The notes below the pieces were generated by a model. That model searched no databases. It was not told the DNA's origin and worked only from the letters and a program-made list of their open reading frames with translations. Below are positions 1-13,312 of a stretch of 64,000 nucleotides of DNA, piece by piece. The stretch spans positions 53,947,792 through 54,011,791 of the forward strand of contig JARFYF010000002.1 in NCBI GenBank assembly GCA_030265395.1, in the 5' to 3' direction. Source of the stretch: Rhina ancylostomus (Eukaryota). The first letter of the stretch is position 1, and each line of letters opens with the position of its first letter. A program made the position numbers and the translations under genes.

Positions 1-495
1 CTCATAGGCATTCTACAGATTCCTTCCCTTGGGATCCAGTACCAATCTGATTTTCCCAGTCTACCTGCATATTGAACATTGCCCTTTTTACTTGCCTTTT
101 CTATCTCCTGTGGTAATTTTTACCTCGCATCCTGGCTACTATTCAGAGGCCTATATATAACTCCCATCAGGGTCTTTTTACCTTTGTAGTTTCTTAACTT
201 TGCCCATAAGGATTCAACATCTCCTGATCCTATATCACTTCTTGTGAAGGATTTGACTTCATTTCTTACCAACAGAGCCACCCCACCCCCTCTGCCCACC
301 TGCCTGTCTTTTCAATAGCATGTGTATCCTTGGATGTTTAGCTCCCAGTTGTGATCTTTTTTCAACCATGATTCTGATGGCCACAACATTTGTAAATGCC
401 AATTTCTAAGGGCACTATGAGCTTATCTACCTTATTTCATATACTGCGTGCATTCAAATATAACACTATCAGTCCTATATTCACCACCCTTCTTT
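1..495 (-). mobile_element. CR1-type LINE fragment (ORF2 endonuclease N-terminus), decayed
   Basis: Minus strand translates to LYLNARSI*NKVDKL and FNMQVDWENQ, typical of the CR1 ORF2 AP-endonuclease; contains stops. Confidence 0.7.
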
Positions 496-1686
496 TCAAA
501 TGTTTCTCNNNNNNNNNNNNNNNNNNNNNNNNNNNNNNNNNNNNNNNNNNNNNNNNNNNNNNNNNNNNNNNNNNNNNNNNNNNNNNNNNNNNNNNNNNNN
601 NNNNNNNNTTCTCCATGTTTATTCAGCGGTGAGTGGGAAGTTGAAGATTTCTGTGAAAATTCTAAGCAAAGAATGCAGAACTGTATAGGGAAGATAGTGC
701 AAGATGCTGGTCCATTGTGGAAAATTGGCAAAGACCTGGTGGATCATGGTGGACTGAGTCCTTGGGTTATGGGACCTTGTGGAAGAGGGTGGTTGTTTGA
801 ATCTTGGAAATTGCTGGCTAGGGAGTCTGCTGAATAATTGGACTAATGGGGAAATGAATGGCTAATGATTGGAAATGTGGAAATGATTGCAAGGATCTAC
901 CTCTGAAGGAATGAGAGCAGCATGTGTTCTGTAGGCAGTGGTTGTTGTTGTTTCAGTAATTGGGCAAAGGCATGTTTGTGGGCAAGTTAGGAGATGTGTG
1001 TGATACAGTGGGAAGAAAAATGGATGAAGTCGTAGGCCAGTTCCAGGCCTTTGTACTGGATCAAAAAAAATTAAGTGTTTTCAATGTCACGTCAGCATTT
1101 ACCTGGCGTGGGCAGAGCAGATGCTTCAAAAGTGGCTGAATTGCACATACCACTGGTAATGGTACTGTGATATAAATTCCTTGCTGCCAAGTATGGGAAG
1201 AGAATGTTTCTGCCCAGTTGTTCTATTTGTCTTAAATAGATGAAGCTTTGCTGTATTTTGAAAGCATACAGCATTTTTAAGCTTTGTTTGCCACCCGCAT
1301 GCTTTTATAAGCAGTTAGTCATGAAATTGTTTTTAAAAAGAAATGTGATCTTGGGAATAGGACAGGAGCTTCTCTTTGTTGGATTGTCCAAGTTTGGTTT
1401 GACTCTTTATTTCAAAAAGATTATTTTTATTAAATTTTTGGGTTGAGGAAAAATTTGCATAATACTTTTAAAGCTATAAAGAATGCAAATTTTTCTGCAT
1501 GAATTCAAAGCTGTTTCTTTGCAACCATGTATTCTCCAAAAAAAATCACTGTGCAAAATGTAAGATATGTAATCTTCCAGAAATATAAAAGTCTATTGAT
1601 GCGAATCTTTTCATATGTTGCAATTGAGTTGTTTAATTTGAAAAAGAGCATTTTGACTTAACTAACTTTGCTCTTCCTTCTATCAG

Positions 1687-1860
1687 ACAGATGAATGGCG
1701 ACTTAGTTACGTTAACAAAGATTTCACTGTCTGTCCATCCTATCCTCCCATTGTTACGGTGCCAAAGTCAATTGATGACGAGGTTCTGAAAAAAGTTTCT
1801 ACATTTCGTCAAGGTGGTCGCTTCCCTGTCCTCAGCTACTATCATAAAAAGAACGGAATG
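1687..1860 (+). CDS. MTMR9: MTMR9 internal coding exon (about exon 4)
   Basis: cag|ACA...ATG|gtgagc, 174 nt; TDEWRLSYVNKDFTVCPSYPPIVTVPKSIDDEVLKKVSTFRQGGRFPVLSYYHKKNGM matches MTMR9. Confidence 0.95.
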
Positions 1861-1918
1861 GTGAGCACCTAAGATGGTTGTAGCTTTTGTATAGAAAAGT
1901 AAACTTGAAAGCACACTA

Positions 1919-1988
1919 GGTACTGTCATGTTCCAACTATACCTACATAATCTGGTATTGTCATGTTCCAACTATACCTACATAATCT
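1919..1988. repeat. 35-bp tandem duplication (2 copies, 1 mismatch)
   Basis: GGTA(C/T)TGTCATGTTCCAACTATACCTACATAATCT at 1919-1953 and 1954-1988. Confidence 0.9.
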
Positions 1989-2083
1989 ATCAACAGACTT
2001 GGACTCTACAAACATTTCCAAATTTCATAAGATAATGGGTCACTGGGAAAAGTTTTCTTTTAATCTAATTTCCAAATTGCTTT

Positions 2084-2121
2084 CAGTCCTGATGAAGTGT
2101 CTCGACCTGAAACGTTGACTG
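2084..2121 (+). ncRNA. Minimal type-I hammerhead ribozyme-like motif in a Penelope-derived repeat (repeat extends to about 2210)
   Basis: CAGTC-CTGATGA-AGTGTCTCGACCT-GAAAC-GTT-GACTG: perfect helix I (CAGTC/GACTG), core CUGAUGA and GAAAC, palindromic helix III. Helix II is imperfect and the triplet is GUU. Confidence 0.6.
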
Positions 2122-3499
2122 TTTATTTCCCTCCATAGATGCTGCCTGACTTACTGAGTTCCTCCAACATTTTGTGTATGTTGCTCTAGATTCCAGCATC
2201 TGTAGAATCTATTGTGCTCTTCTAGTCTGCGTTTCTGGACTATTTATCATTCTGAGATTGAATTTCTTCCAGCAGATTCATCACTTGTATAAAATCTAGT
2301 TTGTAATTTAGACTTTTTCTATACAATGGTAACTACTACTGGGTTCATGCATACATCAGATTTTCAGGAATTAAAAGTTGATTTGGGTATAGCTGATATA
2401 AAAAGTCCTGATAAGGAAGCACATTGTTTGCCGAGCAGAAACTGGGTGTATCCAGCTTTTAAAAGATATGTGCACTTGCACATTAGTCACTGCAGTTGTG
2501 AAATTCTATAAATATTTAATGTAACTGTTGGGTTTTAGTATTCGATAGTTACTCACAGTTTTGAAATTTAGACAAAGTTTTAATAATTTTATAAAATGCT
2601 TGAAAATCCGCTCTAATTATAGTTAATGCTAAAATTTGAAGTAAGCTCTGGTATTGTTACAAGAATGTAAGATTTTGCAGTCCAATTGATATTTTTGTTT
2701 CTGAAGAGATCATGTCTGAAACCTATAGGTTTTACTGTCTGCTGGTCATTGATCAGTCTAATAGCTTATGCATTAAAAATGAGATGATCAGGCTGTGATA
2801 TCTCCCTGTCCTTTTCTTTTATCTTCTCACTTTCTGCACAGCCATTTTGGTACTTGCCCTAGAATTCAATTATCTGCTTTTTTTTTTGTTGGAGATATCT
2901 GGATTTGATTTTCCTGTCTCCAGTGTTCAATCGTTTATCAATTTATGTTAAGTCTGAATTTGAGGAAAGAAATACATTTTATCAATTTTGTGTTGTAATC
3001 ATATTAGATTTAAAATAAATTCCAGAGCATTTTAATGTGAAATTCAGGTTCACCTTTTGCAAATACATTTAGAAAACTCCAAATTTTTAATGTAAAAACA
3101 GCAAAAGAAATGTGATTACAATATTGCTGGACATTTTCCCCCAAGTGCTCTGCAGGCTAGTAGGTTGACTGTTGGTTCAGCGTACATTAAATAGGAACAA
3201 TGAGGATGCTTTCTCTTCTTGTGAGGACTTGTGAAGAATTCTTGGCTTCAAACATTAGTGCTTTCCCTTCATGGAATGAGCATCATCCTTAATGGGGAAG
3301 CAATTACATAGGCCTCTTAACTCAGGCTATGTTTCCAAATACTGTACTTCCTGAATTTGCATCGCAGTCATTCTGCTGGTTGTGTCTTCATTTGTTAAAA
3401 CACCGAGCTCTGGAATTGCGACCCAAAATCTCCCTACCTTTGTTCTACTTTTAAAATGTTCCTTAAATCTTGTTTATTTAACCAAGCTGTTAGTCTTCT

Positions 3500-3902
3500 A
3501 ACGAACCAGCAACAAAAGAAACACACGGTCATGTAGAAGTGTTTAAAAACTACTTTTTTTCTTATTATCATAAGTAATTATTAATAATAAAAGTAAAAAT
3601 GTTAGAATGTTAGAAGTAAAAATGTTAAATCTTAAACATTAACCCCAAAAACTAAACTCATGGTGTGTGTGTGTGTGTGGCAAATTCCCAAACTCCAGAT
3701 TAATAAAGATGCATGTCTTCTATTTAACATTGGGAAAGTCTCGCTCTCTCCCTCCCTTCTTCCCCCTGCCCTTCCAGATTGACTGCTTCAAAAACATCAT
3801 TGCGTCCTTTATCTTCTGTTGTTGTAACCATGCCCCACACACACACCCACCCCATGCTCTTTCTTAAAGGGACATTCACCAATAGTAATCTAGTTTGTAA
3901 CA
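3500..3902 (-). mobile_element. LTR-like interspersed repeat (same family as 49150-49570)
   Basis: 3500-3697 is the reverse complement of 49401-49570 (e.g. ggcaaattcccaaactc / gagtttgggaatttgcc); right end ...TGTAACA. Confidence 0.55.
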
Positions 3903-6900
3903 AGCTGACATCTTAAATATCTCCTATAATAAAAGAGAAAATGCTGATACATTAAGCAGTTTAGGCAACATTTGTAGGGCGAGAAACGGGAATCGCTTAT
4001 GATTTAGACTTTTATCAGAACTAAGAAAAATTAGAAACCTACAATACTAAGTTGCTCAGAAATCATGAGGAGTGGACAGAATTGAAGGAATGTCTGTTAT
4101 GGAGTGGAGATAACTTTCAAAATCAGTGAGTACAGCAAAGCTCAGATATTTATTTTAATTTCCAAACTATGACAGTAATGGTACTTTGCAGATGAATATT
4201 GCTGATCACAGGGCTATTCTTCCTGACTTCCTGGTCAACAGTGTCTAAGAGTCCAAATATCAAGTTAAAGAGGGAGGACTGACAATATTTTAAATAAGGG
4301 AAATATTTCTGAACAAATTCTAACATAAGCAGATTAAGTGTTTAATAATTGAAGATTTCCCTCTAATATCTTTGATTTTTAAATTTGGGTTTTATTTAGA
4401 ATTTTTAATAATTGATCATGTAAGTCTTCAGGTGACGGGGCTTTAAGTTCTGGGAGCTAATTGGATCAAGTTATGTAGATGTGGTTCAATGCCCATTTTA
4501 AAGTTGCACTGTTATTTAAATATTTCCACAATGGATGGGAAGCATTTTGTGGGAGAGGAGATGGACTGATTGCAGTGGCAGCTGAGGGCAAAAAATGAAG
4601 GGGAGAGTGGAGATACAAAGATAGAAGAGTAAGGATGGGAAGTGGCAGGGGAAAAGTAGGTAGCAACCAATGGAGTAAGGAATAGGCTGTGTGGATATGG
4701 TGGCAGCTATAAAGCTGATTATCTTTTGAGTGAAGGAGGGATGTGCTTATGTAGTTCTCTTACTATAGATGATGCAGATTAGAATGTGATTTGGAATTCA
4801 GTGAAAGTCACAGTTGAGATTAAGTGCTTAAGGCTATTTTTTTTTGCTTGAAGCTGAGAGGTTTTCCAGGTGGAAAGAAAGTGGCAGTTTGAGCTTTGTA
4901 TAATAATAAAAAAAAATGCCCAGTTTCAATTTTCAGAAGAGGACAGGGCTGAACAAATTATATCCAAATGGCATCTGTTCTGTTCTCTTGAGTGGGAGGT
5001 TGTCCTGGAGCTGAAACCATTGGGTATTTTGAGCAGCACTTGACATAGGCATTCCTGGGTCACATGCTGCCATTTGTTTTGCTTCATCAGGATCATGTCA
5101 GTTGCACTGTCAATTCAGAATTGACTAATACTCCACCCAGCTGTATATGAGGAACTTCATTTACAAAAAAGGCTGCTTGTTAATCTGCATTTCAAAGCAC
5201 AACCATACTGGGCCTGTAATGTTTTCCTTCAGGATGGCCTCTCAGTATGGGCAAAGAAATAGGTCAGAGAATGGGGTTATAGCCTCTTCAAACTAGTAAT
5301 TTTTTTCTTAATTGTAAATGGTGCATTAAGAGTTGATGGAATTTCTGGGAACATAATGTTAAATAGCTTTAAGAAAACACTTTTTGAGGCTTAAGTTTTC
5401 AGCTGCAAGTCAATTAAAATTTCAATATGGCAATCACCAAGAAAAGATGGCAGGAAGTTTTTAATACATTTATTAAGAGTTTTGAAGTTATCTAATGCAA
5501 TAAAGATAGCACTTATATTGGGCTTCAGACAAGAAGCAACTTAGCATTTTTTGACGTGGACTGAAACCAGCAGTGTCCCAGACTGCGAGACCTGAGCATT
5601 GGAGATAGGCAAGAATGATGGAGCAGAGGCCAATGGAAAGGGGTCGCTTGATCATGGTGCAGAAGAGTAGTTCTTTAAAGTCTTCTGGGTGAGAGGAAGT
5701 CTCAATGTTTTTTTCATTTTCATTGTGGGGTAGGGGGTGGATTAGGTTGGTGGACAGTCAAATTCACTAATTTTTGAGAAGTGGTATTAGGCAGCTAGTG
5801 AAATCAAAATGCCAACATTTTCTTCAGATCATTGTAGGAACATATTAGAAGAGGGAAGGTAACACCAAGAAATCTGGGAAACTTGTAGGATGGTCTTGCA
5901 AGCAGCCTACTTGAAAATGTCTTGTCTGTGTTGATGTTTACTCTTGTTGAATTTGGGTGCTTTTTCTAAAACAAAGTACCTATTTTAAAAAAAAAAGTTT
6001 CATATCTGGAAACGCATGTTCTGTGGAAACAGAGCTAACCTACTTCAATCACCAGCTTATAGGAAATTGTGCAGAAAGCACTGCGCTTGTGGTAGACTAT
6101 GGATGTGAAGTATTACACGAGGATTTTGTTCTCTATCAATATTGCTCTGCTGATGTATGGAGTTAAGTAAATCCCATTTCTCCTAAAAAGAATTGTCAGT
6201 GTTGGAGTGGTAGTTTTGGTGAAATGGTGAACCATGTTAAATAGCAATCTGACATTCATAGATCTGGGAGTTTTCCTCATGAATTTTTTCATAATGTTAG
6301 CAAATTAAAACAGGTCAAAAACATTTAAATATAACACTAGAATAATGTAATATGGTCTGGAATTTGCAGTGACATTAATAGAGAAGCTACAAAAACTTCC
6401 TATGGAGTTTGCCCATGTACAGTTACTGCTTAAGAATCCAGAATTTGCTGTTAATAATTCCCTGCAGCTTCATAGTATGTCTTGTTGAATATTCGGTATA
6501 GTTGGGGGAAACTGACAAACTTAGTTCATGAACTATTCCTCCTGTTTTAAAAAAAATGCCATAGAAAAATGTCTCTTGAATGTGAAGGAGCTGAGTTTTT
6601 AATGGCATACTAATCATAATCATGGCATAGTTGCCCTTCTGTCCCTAAAAATTTTTATAGATTATAAACTACCCTCAGTTTATTTTTAAATTACTTGCTT
6701 TTACAAATCTAATTTTTTTTAACTTGACATTTTAGCTTGTACTGTAATTTCTTGATCTCAAATATTTCATTATGCTCTTAATTACATTTAAAAAAAAGTC
6801 ACTTAACAGTTGATGCTTATTTACTCTTTGCTTTACAGTCTGTGAAACTACATGGCTATGCAACCAACATGGCATATTCCAACTCTCATATACTGGGCAG

Positions 6901-7134
6901 TTTCCGTTAAGGTCAGCAGTGAGCTTTAGTGCTACTGACTATAAAATCCCAAGTCGGCATGTATTTTGCATGTGCAGGCAAAAAAAACTTTCAGAAACAC
7001 TGGGGCAAATGTATCTTTTAACAAACTGAATTAAATTCATGATTTTACTTCTGATTAACAGTCTTAAAATAAGATTATTTGTTTAACCATAGCCAGTTTT
7101 TCTTTGTTTTTATTTAATAATGAATCCTATTTAG

Positions 7135-7352
7135 GTAATGATGCACAGTGCGCAACCATTGACTGGAACCAATGGAAGAAGGTGCAAGGAAGATGAGAGA
7201 TTGATTAATGCCACTCTACGGGCAGGGAAGCGTGGTTATATAATTGACACCAGATCAATTACTACTGCTCAGCAAGCGAGAGCCAAAGGAGGTGGCTTTG
7301 AGCAGGAAGCACATTATCCTCAGTGGCGACGAATTCACAAGTCCATTGAGAG
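7135..7352 (+). CDS. MTMR9: MTMR9 coding exon (about exon 5)
   Basis: tag|GTA...AG|gtaagt, 218 nt; VMMHSAQPLTGTNGRRCKEDERLINATLRAGKRGYIIDTR...IHKSIER. Confidence 0.95.
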
Positions 7353-7919
7353 GTAAGTAATCACCACAGCTGTTCATTTTATACTCATTGTATAAGCACT
7401 TGTCCATGCTGTATGGTGTGCAGAAGGATGTTGTTTTTGTTTGGAACAATTTGGCTAAAACACTTAAAAATGCAAGCTTACAATCAAAATTATGTTGGTC
7501 TGAGTTCTCTAAAAAGGACCACTAAATATAACATTGCCTCCTGAGCTTTGGAAACTAGAATCCATGAGTATTTTAATGAAATAAAAAGATGTAATCAAAC
7601 AGAAAACCAATCTGCTTTATTCCATGTAATATATACAGTATAGTACTAATTCTTAATATGATGTACATTTTCTGATTATATAAACCATACCTTGAGTTTT
7701 TAATGTTCACACTATTAGTGAGAAAAGTAATATGTCAACATTGATTGTCCCAAAGTAACTGTTGGCATCTGATAAGGCAGTGCCCTCCTTACTCATTTCC
7801 CATATGTACTCTGGAATCTATAAGAAACCAAATAACTTTTAAAACACAATTAACAAATATTTATATCCTGAGTGAGACATGACAGGTGGGAACTATCCAG
7901 CTCAAAGAACAAAGTGGAG

Positions 7920-8050
7920 GTGCAAGAGACTGCAGATGCTGGCGTCTGGGTCCTGATGTGGGTCTCAGCCCAAAGCATTGACAATTCCTCTCCCTCCACA
8001 GATGCTGCTGAACCTACTGAGTTCCTCCAGCAGTTCTTTTTTTTCAAAGC
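7920..8050. mobile_element. Penelope-derived short element, fold-back arrangement, decayed hammerhead motif
   Basis: Minus-orientation end (gactgcagatgctgg) joined to plus-orientation GTCCTGATG-TGGGTCTCAGCCC-AAAGCATTGAC and the family tail ccacagatgctgctga..ctgagttcctccagca. Confidence 0.6.
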
Positions 8051-9759
8051 ACAAGGTAGGGGTATACTTAAGTAGTGGCAAACTGGAAGAAGAATTCTAG
8101 GGGTAGGATTCATCTTTGAGAATGAGCTAGTCCAGTAACTTGGTGATTTCTTTTTTATTATTTCTCTAATGGGATGAGCAAATGTGTTATGACAAACATG
8201 GTCATAGAGCATTGAAACAAGCCCTTTGGCCCAACTGGTCCATGCCAACCAAAATTCTCATCTAAGCTAGATCCTAGACAAATACAAGGCTTATGACAGT
8301 TTTGAAGATGTTAGTTTTGCAATAGCTAGGGGCAACAGTGAAGTACAGTAAAACTCAGATAATCTGGCATCTTTGGAACTTTGGTGCCAAACAGGCAAAT
8401 TTGTAAACTATTGGATGTTATTCCTTTTAATACACCAAAACGCTTTTAATTTGCTCTTATTTTTTAGATATTACACGGTAATATTGATAAATTTCCTAGT
8501 ACACAGAATGAGTTTAAAGGGAATGTGGGAAACAAAACATAGTGTTTTAAAGGAGCAAGGCCTTTGTGTGTTAAAATGAGTGTGGGAAGAAGGCCTTGAC
8601 GNNNNNNNNNNNNNNNNNNNNNNNNNNNNNNNNNNNNNNNTAGTGGAGTTTTTCTGTAGTATGTGTGACATTCCTATTATATTTATTGTCTACCATGCTT
8701 GACTTTGACTACTTTTCACTGCTATGTATTCTTTTATTAGAAATGTGCAAATAAAATTGACAAAAATAAAATCTGGAAGGATAAAATTGTCTCAATTGTG
8801 ACTAGTAGTTTCCCAATGTCATTATTGATACAATGTGATATCATTCCCTCATACTGGATACATTTAGGCTAATGGGGGAAAAATAAGGCAGGTGGGAGGG
8901 AAGGTTTGTAACAATGCTTTACCACGAATGGAAAAATGCTGTCTTTCAGCTGAAAGGAAGACATGAAAGAAAACACAAATGACATGGTTGAAATAACAGC
9001 TAACTGTAAATTATTGAAAAGGAATCCAGATCTGAAATAGAGCTTCATGGACATGATTGGGTAGGGTAGGATGTGGTTAATTAGGTCATACATAAAACCA
9101 ATTTTAAAGTCAAACCGTTTAAAAGGCTAATATATTTTGGTATGCTGCAGTCTTTTTAAGAAAGTGAAAGCAAATTTTCACAGTGGGAGCACAGTAAACC
9201 ACCTGCTGAGCCATCGAGATTTCCAAATGGTGTATTCTCAGAGTTTGACTATTTATTCTGATTAACATTCCTCTTTTGCTGCTCAAAGGATGCTTGCATT
9301 TAAACAAAATCTGGCTGTACTTAATAAAAAGGGATACTAAAGTATTGAAACCTAGTATAGATTTGAGCCACTGGCCACACTATATCTGCCTAAGTATCTG
9401 TCAGAAAATGGTTATGGTTGGAATTTAAAATTGTTCAAAAATGAAGACTGAGACTCCAGTATTACTCCTGCTCCGAAACCTAGCTAAAATTATATTATTT
9501 AAAGTGTGCTAAGAGAGAAAAGTGGAAAATTTGATGTCTAGCTGCTATGGACTGGTAAATATTATAGTAGGGTTCTTGCACAAAAAAGAGGCAAGTAAGG
9601 TGAATCAATTTTATTGATGGTTGATTGTTTTTGGGATGATACAAAAACGCTGTCACACAGATCCTTAAGTGCCTTATGCAAGTACCTTATGCGTGGCTTT
9701 TATATATCCTAAGTACAAGGAACTTTCATGGTTGCGTATTATGTGTTTGTTTTAATCAG

Positions 9760-9921
9760 GTACCACATTCTTCAGGAAAGTTTAATTAAACTGGTTGAAG
9801 CTTCGAATGACCAATCCCACAACATGGATAGGTGGCTGAGCAAACTGGAGGCTTCTAGCTGGTTGACCCACATAAAAGAAATATTAACCACTGCTTGCCT
9901 GGCTGCACAGTGTATTGACAG
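9760..9921 (+). CDS. MTMR9: MTMR9 coding exon (about exon 6)
   Basis: cag|G...AG|gtaagg, 162 nt; YHILQESLIKLVEASNDQSHNMDRWLSKLEASSWLTHIKEILTTACLAAQCIDR. Confidence 0.95.
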
Positions 9922-11572
9922 GTAAGGTCTTGTTTCATAAAAGCCCAGAATGGCACACTGCACGTCATGCTGGGAACTAACTCTTTGGTGAACTTATCCA
10001 GTTAATCTGACTTCATATTTTCAGCCATTGATTAATGCCCTTGAATCTGTTTCCACAACCTTTTCAAGTAATGCGTTTCAGATCACTACTACTCGGATAT
10101 TTAGAAAAATGTTCTGTCGAGGATTTCTGTGCCTATATCCTCATGTCGTATTTCTCTCATCATTCTTCCTATTAAAGCACACCACTTCTATGCTAAATTT
10201 CTTCTGTCATGTGTCTGCCTTTTCAGAAAATGCTCTCTCCCTCTCTTATCTGCTCCATTATTGACGACTTTTGTGTCATCAGCAAACTTTGAAATTATGC
10301 CTTCTGTACTAACTGTTTACTGTTTGTATGTCCATAACAGCATCTCATTTTCCAGGCTTGATATCAAATTCTCTAACTTTAGATAACTTCTTTCTTCTTG
10401 TCTATTTCTGCCTGCCATCCTTTTCTGTTTTCCTCCCTGTGTATAATCTGGCTTTATGGGCATATCCCGCTATGTCAGAACTACCTCAGCAATAAATTAC
10501 ACAGCCATAGTAGCTTAACCTTATCCCACCAGCCACATGGCTTCATTCTTTCCCTTGATTTCACCCATTTTGCTGCTAGCTAAACAAAATTCTTTCTCTC
10601 TTCCTCAGGTCTGCTAAGGGGTTCCCTTGTCTGAAATGTTAACTGTTTCTCTTTCCACTGCTGCTGCCCGACTTAGTTTTTCCAGCATTTTCCATTTTCT
10701 GCTTTTTTATCATGTGGGCTCAGTTTGGTTTTTATCCAACTAGTTAAATCCTTCCTGCCAAGCAGATCCCACCACCTTGCCATTAACAAATCATTATGCC
10801 ACCCAAGAAGCTTAATGTACTAGTGACTGCCATTAATCTATTTTGACTTATTACATTTGTTGTACACATCCCTCCTCACCTCTCCTACTGAAAACTAATT
10901 TGTGTCTCTATTTTCGAGAACTGCCAAAGCCAACTGCCAAACTGAAACATTGTTCTCTTTCCACAAATGCTACCTTACCTGAGATTTTCCAGCATTCCTT
11001 CTTGTTTCAGATTTTTTTCTGTTTACAATAATGAAGCACTTTTTGATATCAGATGAATATTTTTTATTATGTTTTAATTGGGATTATCAACTGACAAACT
11101 TGCTTATTTTCTGTGACTGTACTTAATTCATGACTTTCTCTAGTGATTCTGACTATAAGCTGTCTTTCCTCATTCTAATGAATTATCAATGTATTTGCTT
11201 TCCAATACTTGCCTGTCAGCAAAATGTTAAAAATATGATTACTCCTAACTTTGTTAATCATTCAGAAAATGTCTTTGTAGCTCTTGCAGCATTTAATGTC
11301 AGGTCATAATTTGAATTTATGAAATACAGCATTGAAAGTCTCAATTCATTTTGCTTTGGATCAATTCTAGTAGAGATTAAAATAATTTTAATAGCAGAAG
11401 CATTTTATTTGGAACTGTAACATGCTTTATACCAAACGTAGGGGGAAGCAATGTTATGTGTTTTTTTGGCTCTGTGAATGTTGATCGTTGGTATTCAACA
11501 TTGTGCTTTTCTTGAGTTAAGTCATAGTACAACCTACATTCTTTTGAAACATACTTTCTGTTCCTCTTTTAG

Positions 11573-11714
11573 GGAAGGTGCATCTGTGTTGGTTCATGGC
11601 AGTGAAGGGATTGACTCTACTTTGCAAGTCACCTCTCTTGCCCACATTATCCTGGATCCACAGTCAAGAACAATTAATGGATTTGAGGCCTTAATTGAGC
11701 GTGAATGGTTGCAG
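11573..11714 (+). CDS. MTMR9: MTMR9 coding exon (about exon 7) with the inactive phosphatase P-loop
   Basis: tag|G...CAG|gtataa, 142 nt; [29 protein letters not shown]... The P-loop reads HGSEGIDST instead of the catalytic HCSDGWDRT, as expected for the pseudophosphatase MTMR9. Confidence 0.95.
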
Positions 11715-12214
11715 GTATAATGGATTTAATTTGGCTGCTTTTGCTAATTAAATTCTAACTAAGTGTTGTTTTAAAAGATGTAACCACCATATGGAATTTG
11801 ATTAATATTGTTGCTGTGATTGGGTTGCAGTTAAGAAAGTGGGAAAAAATAAGTCAAAGTTTGCTTTATTTTCGTACGTACAGTATACACAGTTGCATTG
11901 AAAAACATTTGCAGCAGCATCACAGGCATATAGCCTTAGATGCACAGCAGTCACAAGAAAAATATAAATTATATAAAAAAAAAACACAATTAGAACAAAA
12001 ATGTCCATTGTAGTGCAATAACAATATTACCAGCTATTATACATATTAAGGAAATACCGGTAGAAGCTATAATGCTCTAATTTTTAAAGGCTTTGTCACT
12101 TCATTAAATATGTTCAGGACACAGTTAGATAGTTTTGCATATTAGGGAAATCAAGGGTTATAGGGAAAAGGTGGATCTGAGTCCACGGCCAGATGCACCT
12201 TTTCCTGCTCCTAT

Positions 12215-12650
12215 ATATTCTGTTGTCATGACACCATGCCACAAGGCCTGCTATCTCCTGTTGTCATTATTTGAGATTCAGCCCTCTACGGTGGTGTCAT
12301 CTGCAAATTTGTAGATGAATTTAGAGTAGAATCTGGTCATGCAATCGTGAGTGTATAAGGAGTAAAGTAGGAGGATGAGAACACAGCCTTGTAGGGCACC
12401 AGTGCTGAGGATAATTGTAGAGGAGGTGTTGCTCCCTTTCCTTACCGATTGCGGCCATTGGTCAGGAAGTCAAGGATTCAGTTGCAAAGGCTGGTATTGA
12501 GTCCCAGGACTATGAGTTTGGAGATGAGTTTGCTTGGAATTGTGGTGTTGAAGGTGGACCTGTAGTCAATAAATAGCAGTCTGACATTGGGTTCCTTTAT
12601 TAACCAAATGCTCCATAGATGAATGTTGGACAGGGGAGACGATGTCGGGA
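12215..12650 (-). mobile_element. Rex1/Babar-type LINE RT fragment
   Basis: Minus strand reads IILSTGA.QGCVL...LYTHDC...YKFADDTTV. Confidence 0.7.
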
Positions 12651-13091
12651 GGAGTAAAGCCTAACACAATATTTTACTGTCACTGGGTTGGGGAGTGGGA
12701 TGAAAGACAAGTTGGTAATTGCTTTTGCGTTGTTTTTAATGTAGAAATCTTAATGCAGGAATCTAGAACTAGGGGACATTATTTCAGAATGATAGCTTTC
12801 CATTTTTGAGGGTTGTGAATCTTAAAAATTGTCTCTTCCAGAGAATTGTGGGGGCTGAATCACTGAACACATTCAAACTTGAGTTAGATTTTTTGTCTAT
12901 AATGGAATTGAAGTTCTAGAGTTGAGGCCTAGATCATGTCATCCATGATCTTATTGAAAGGCAGACTTGGCTTGTGTCTCCTCTTTGTTTTTCATGAATT
13001 CCGGTTGCTTACTGTCATTATCACCTTCTGTACTGAAAGGAACATTTTTTTTAACTGGAATAATTGTATTCAAATTGCTTATTTGTTCTAG

Positions 13092-13312
13092 GCTGGCCAT
13101 CCATTCCAGCAACGGTGTGCTCAGTCAGCCTATTCTAATTCCAAGCAGAAGAATGAAGCTCCTACATTTCTCCTCTTTTTAGATTGCTGCTGGCAGATCC
13201 AGCGCCAATTTCCATGTTCATTTGAGTTTAATGAACAGTTCCTAATCGTGTTGTTTGAACATGCTTATGCCTCTCAATTTGGGACCTTCTTGGGTAATAA
13301 TGAAAATGAAAG
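13092..13312 (+). CDS. MTMR9: MTMR9 coding exon (about exon 8)
   Basis: tag|GCT...AG|gtgagt, 221 nt; AGHPFQQRCAQSAYSNSKQKNEAPTFLLFLDCCWQIQRQFPCSFEFNEQFLIVLFEHAYASQFGTFLGNNENER. Confidence 0.95.

Noticed and set aside
11596-11622. Missing catalytic Cys/Arg in the myotubularin P-loop as a sign of pseudogenisation
   Set aside because: MTMR9 is an established pseudophosphatase; all visible exons are intact.
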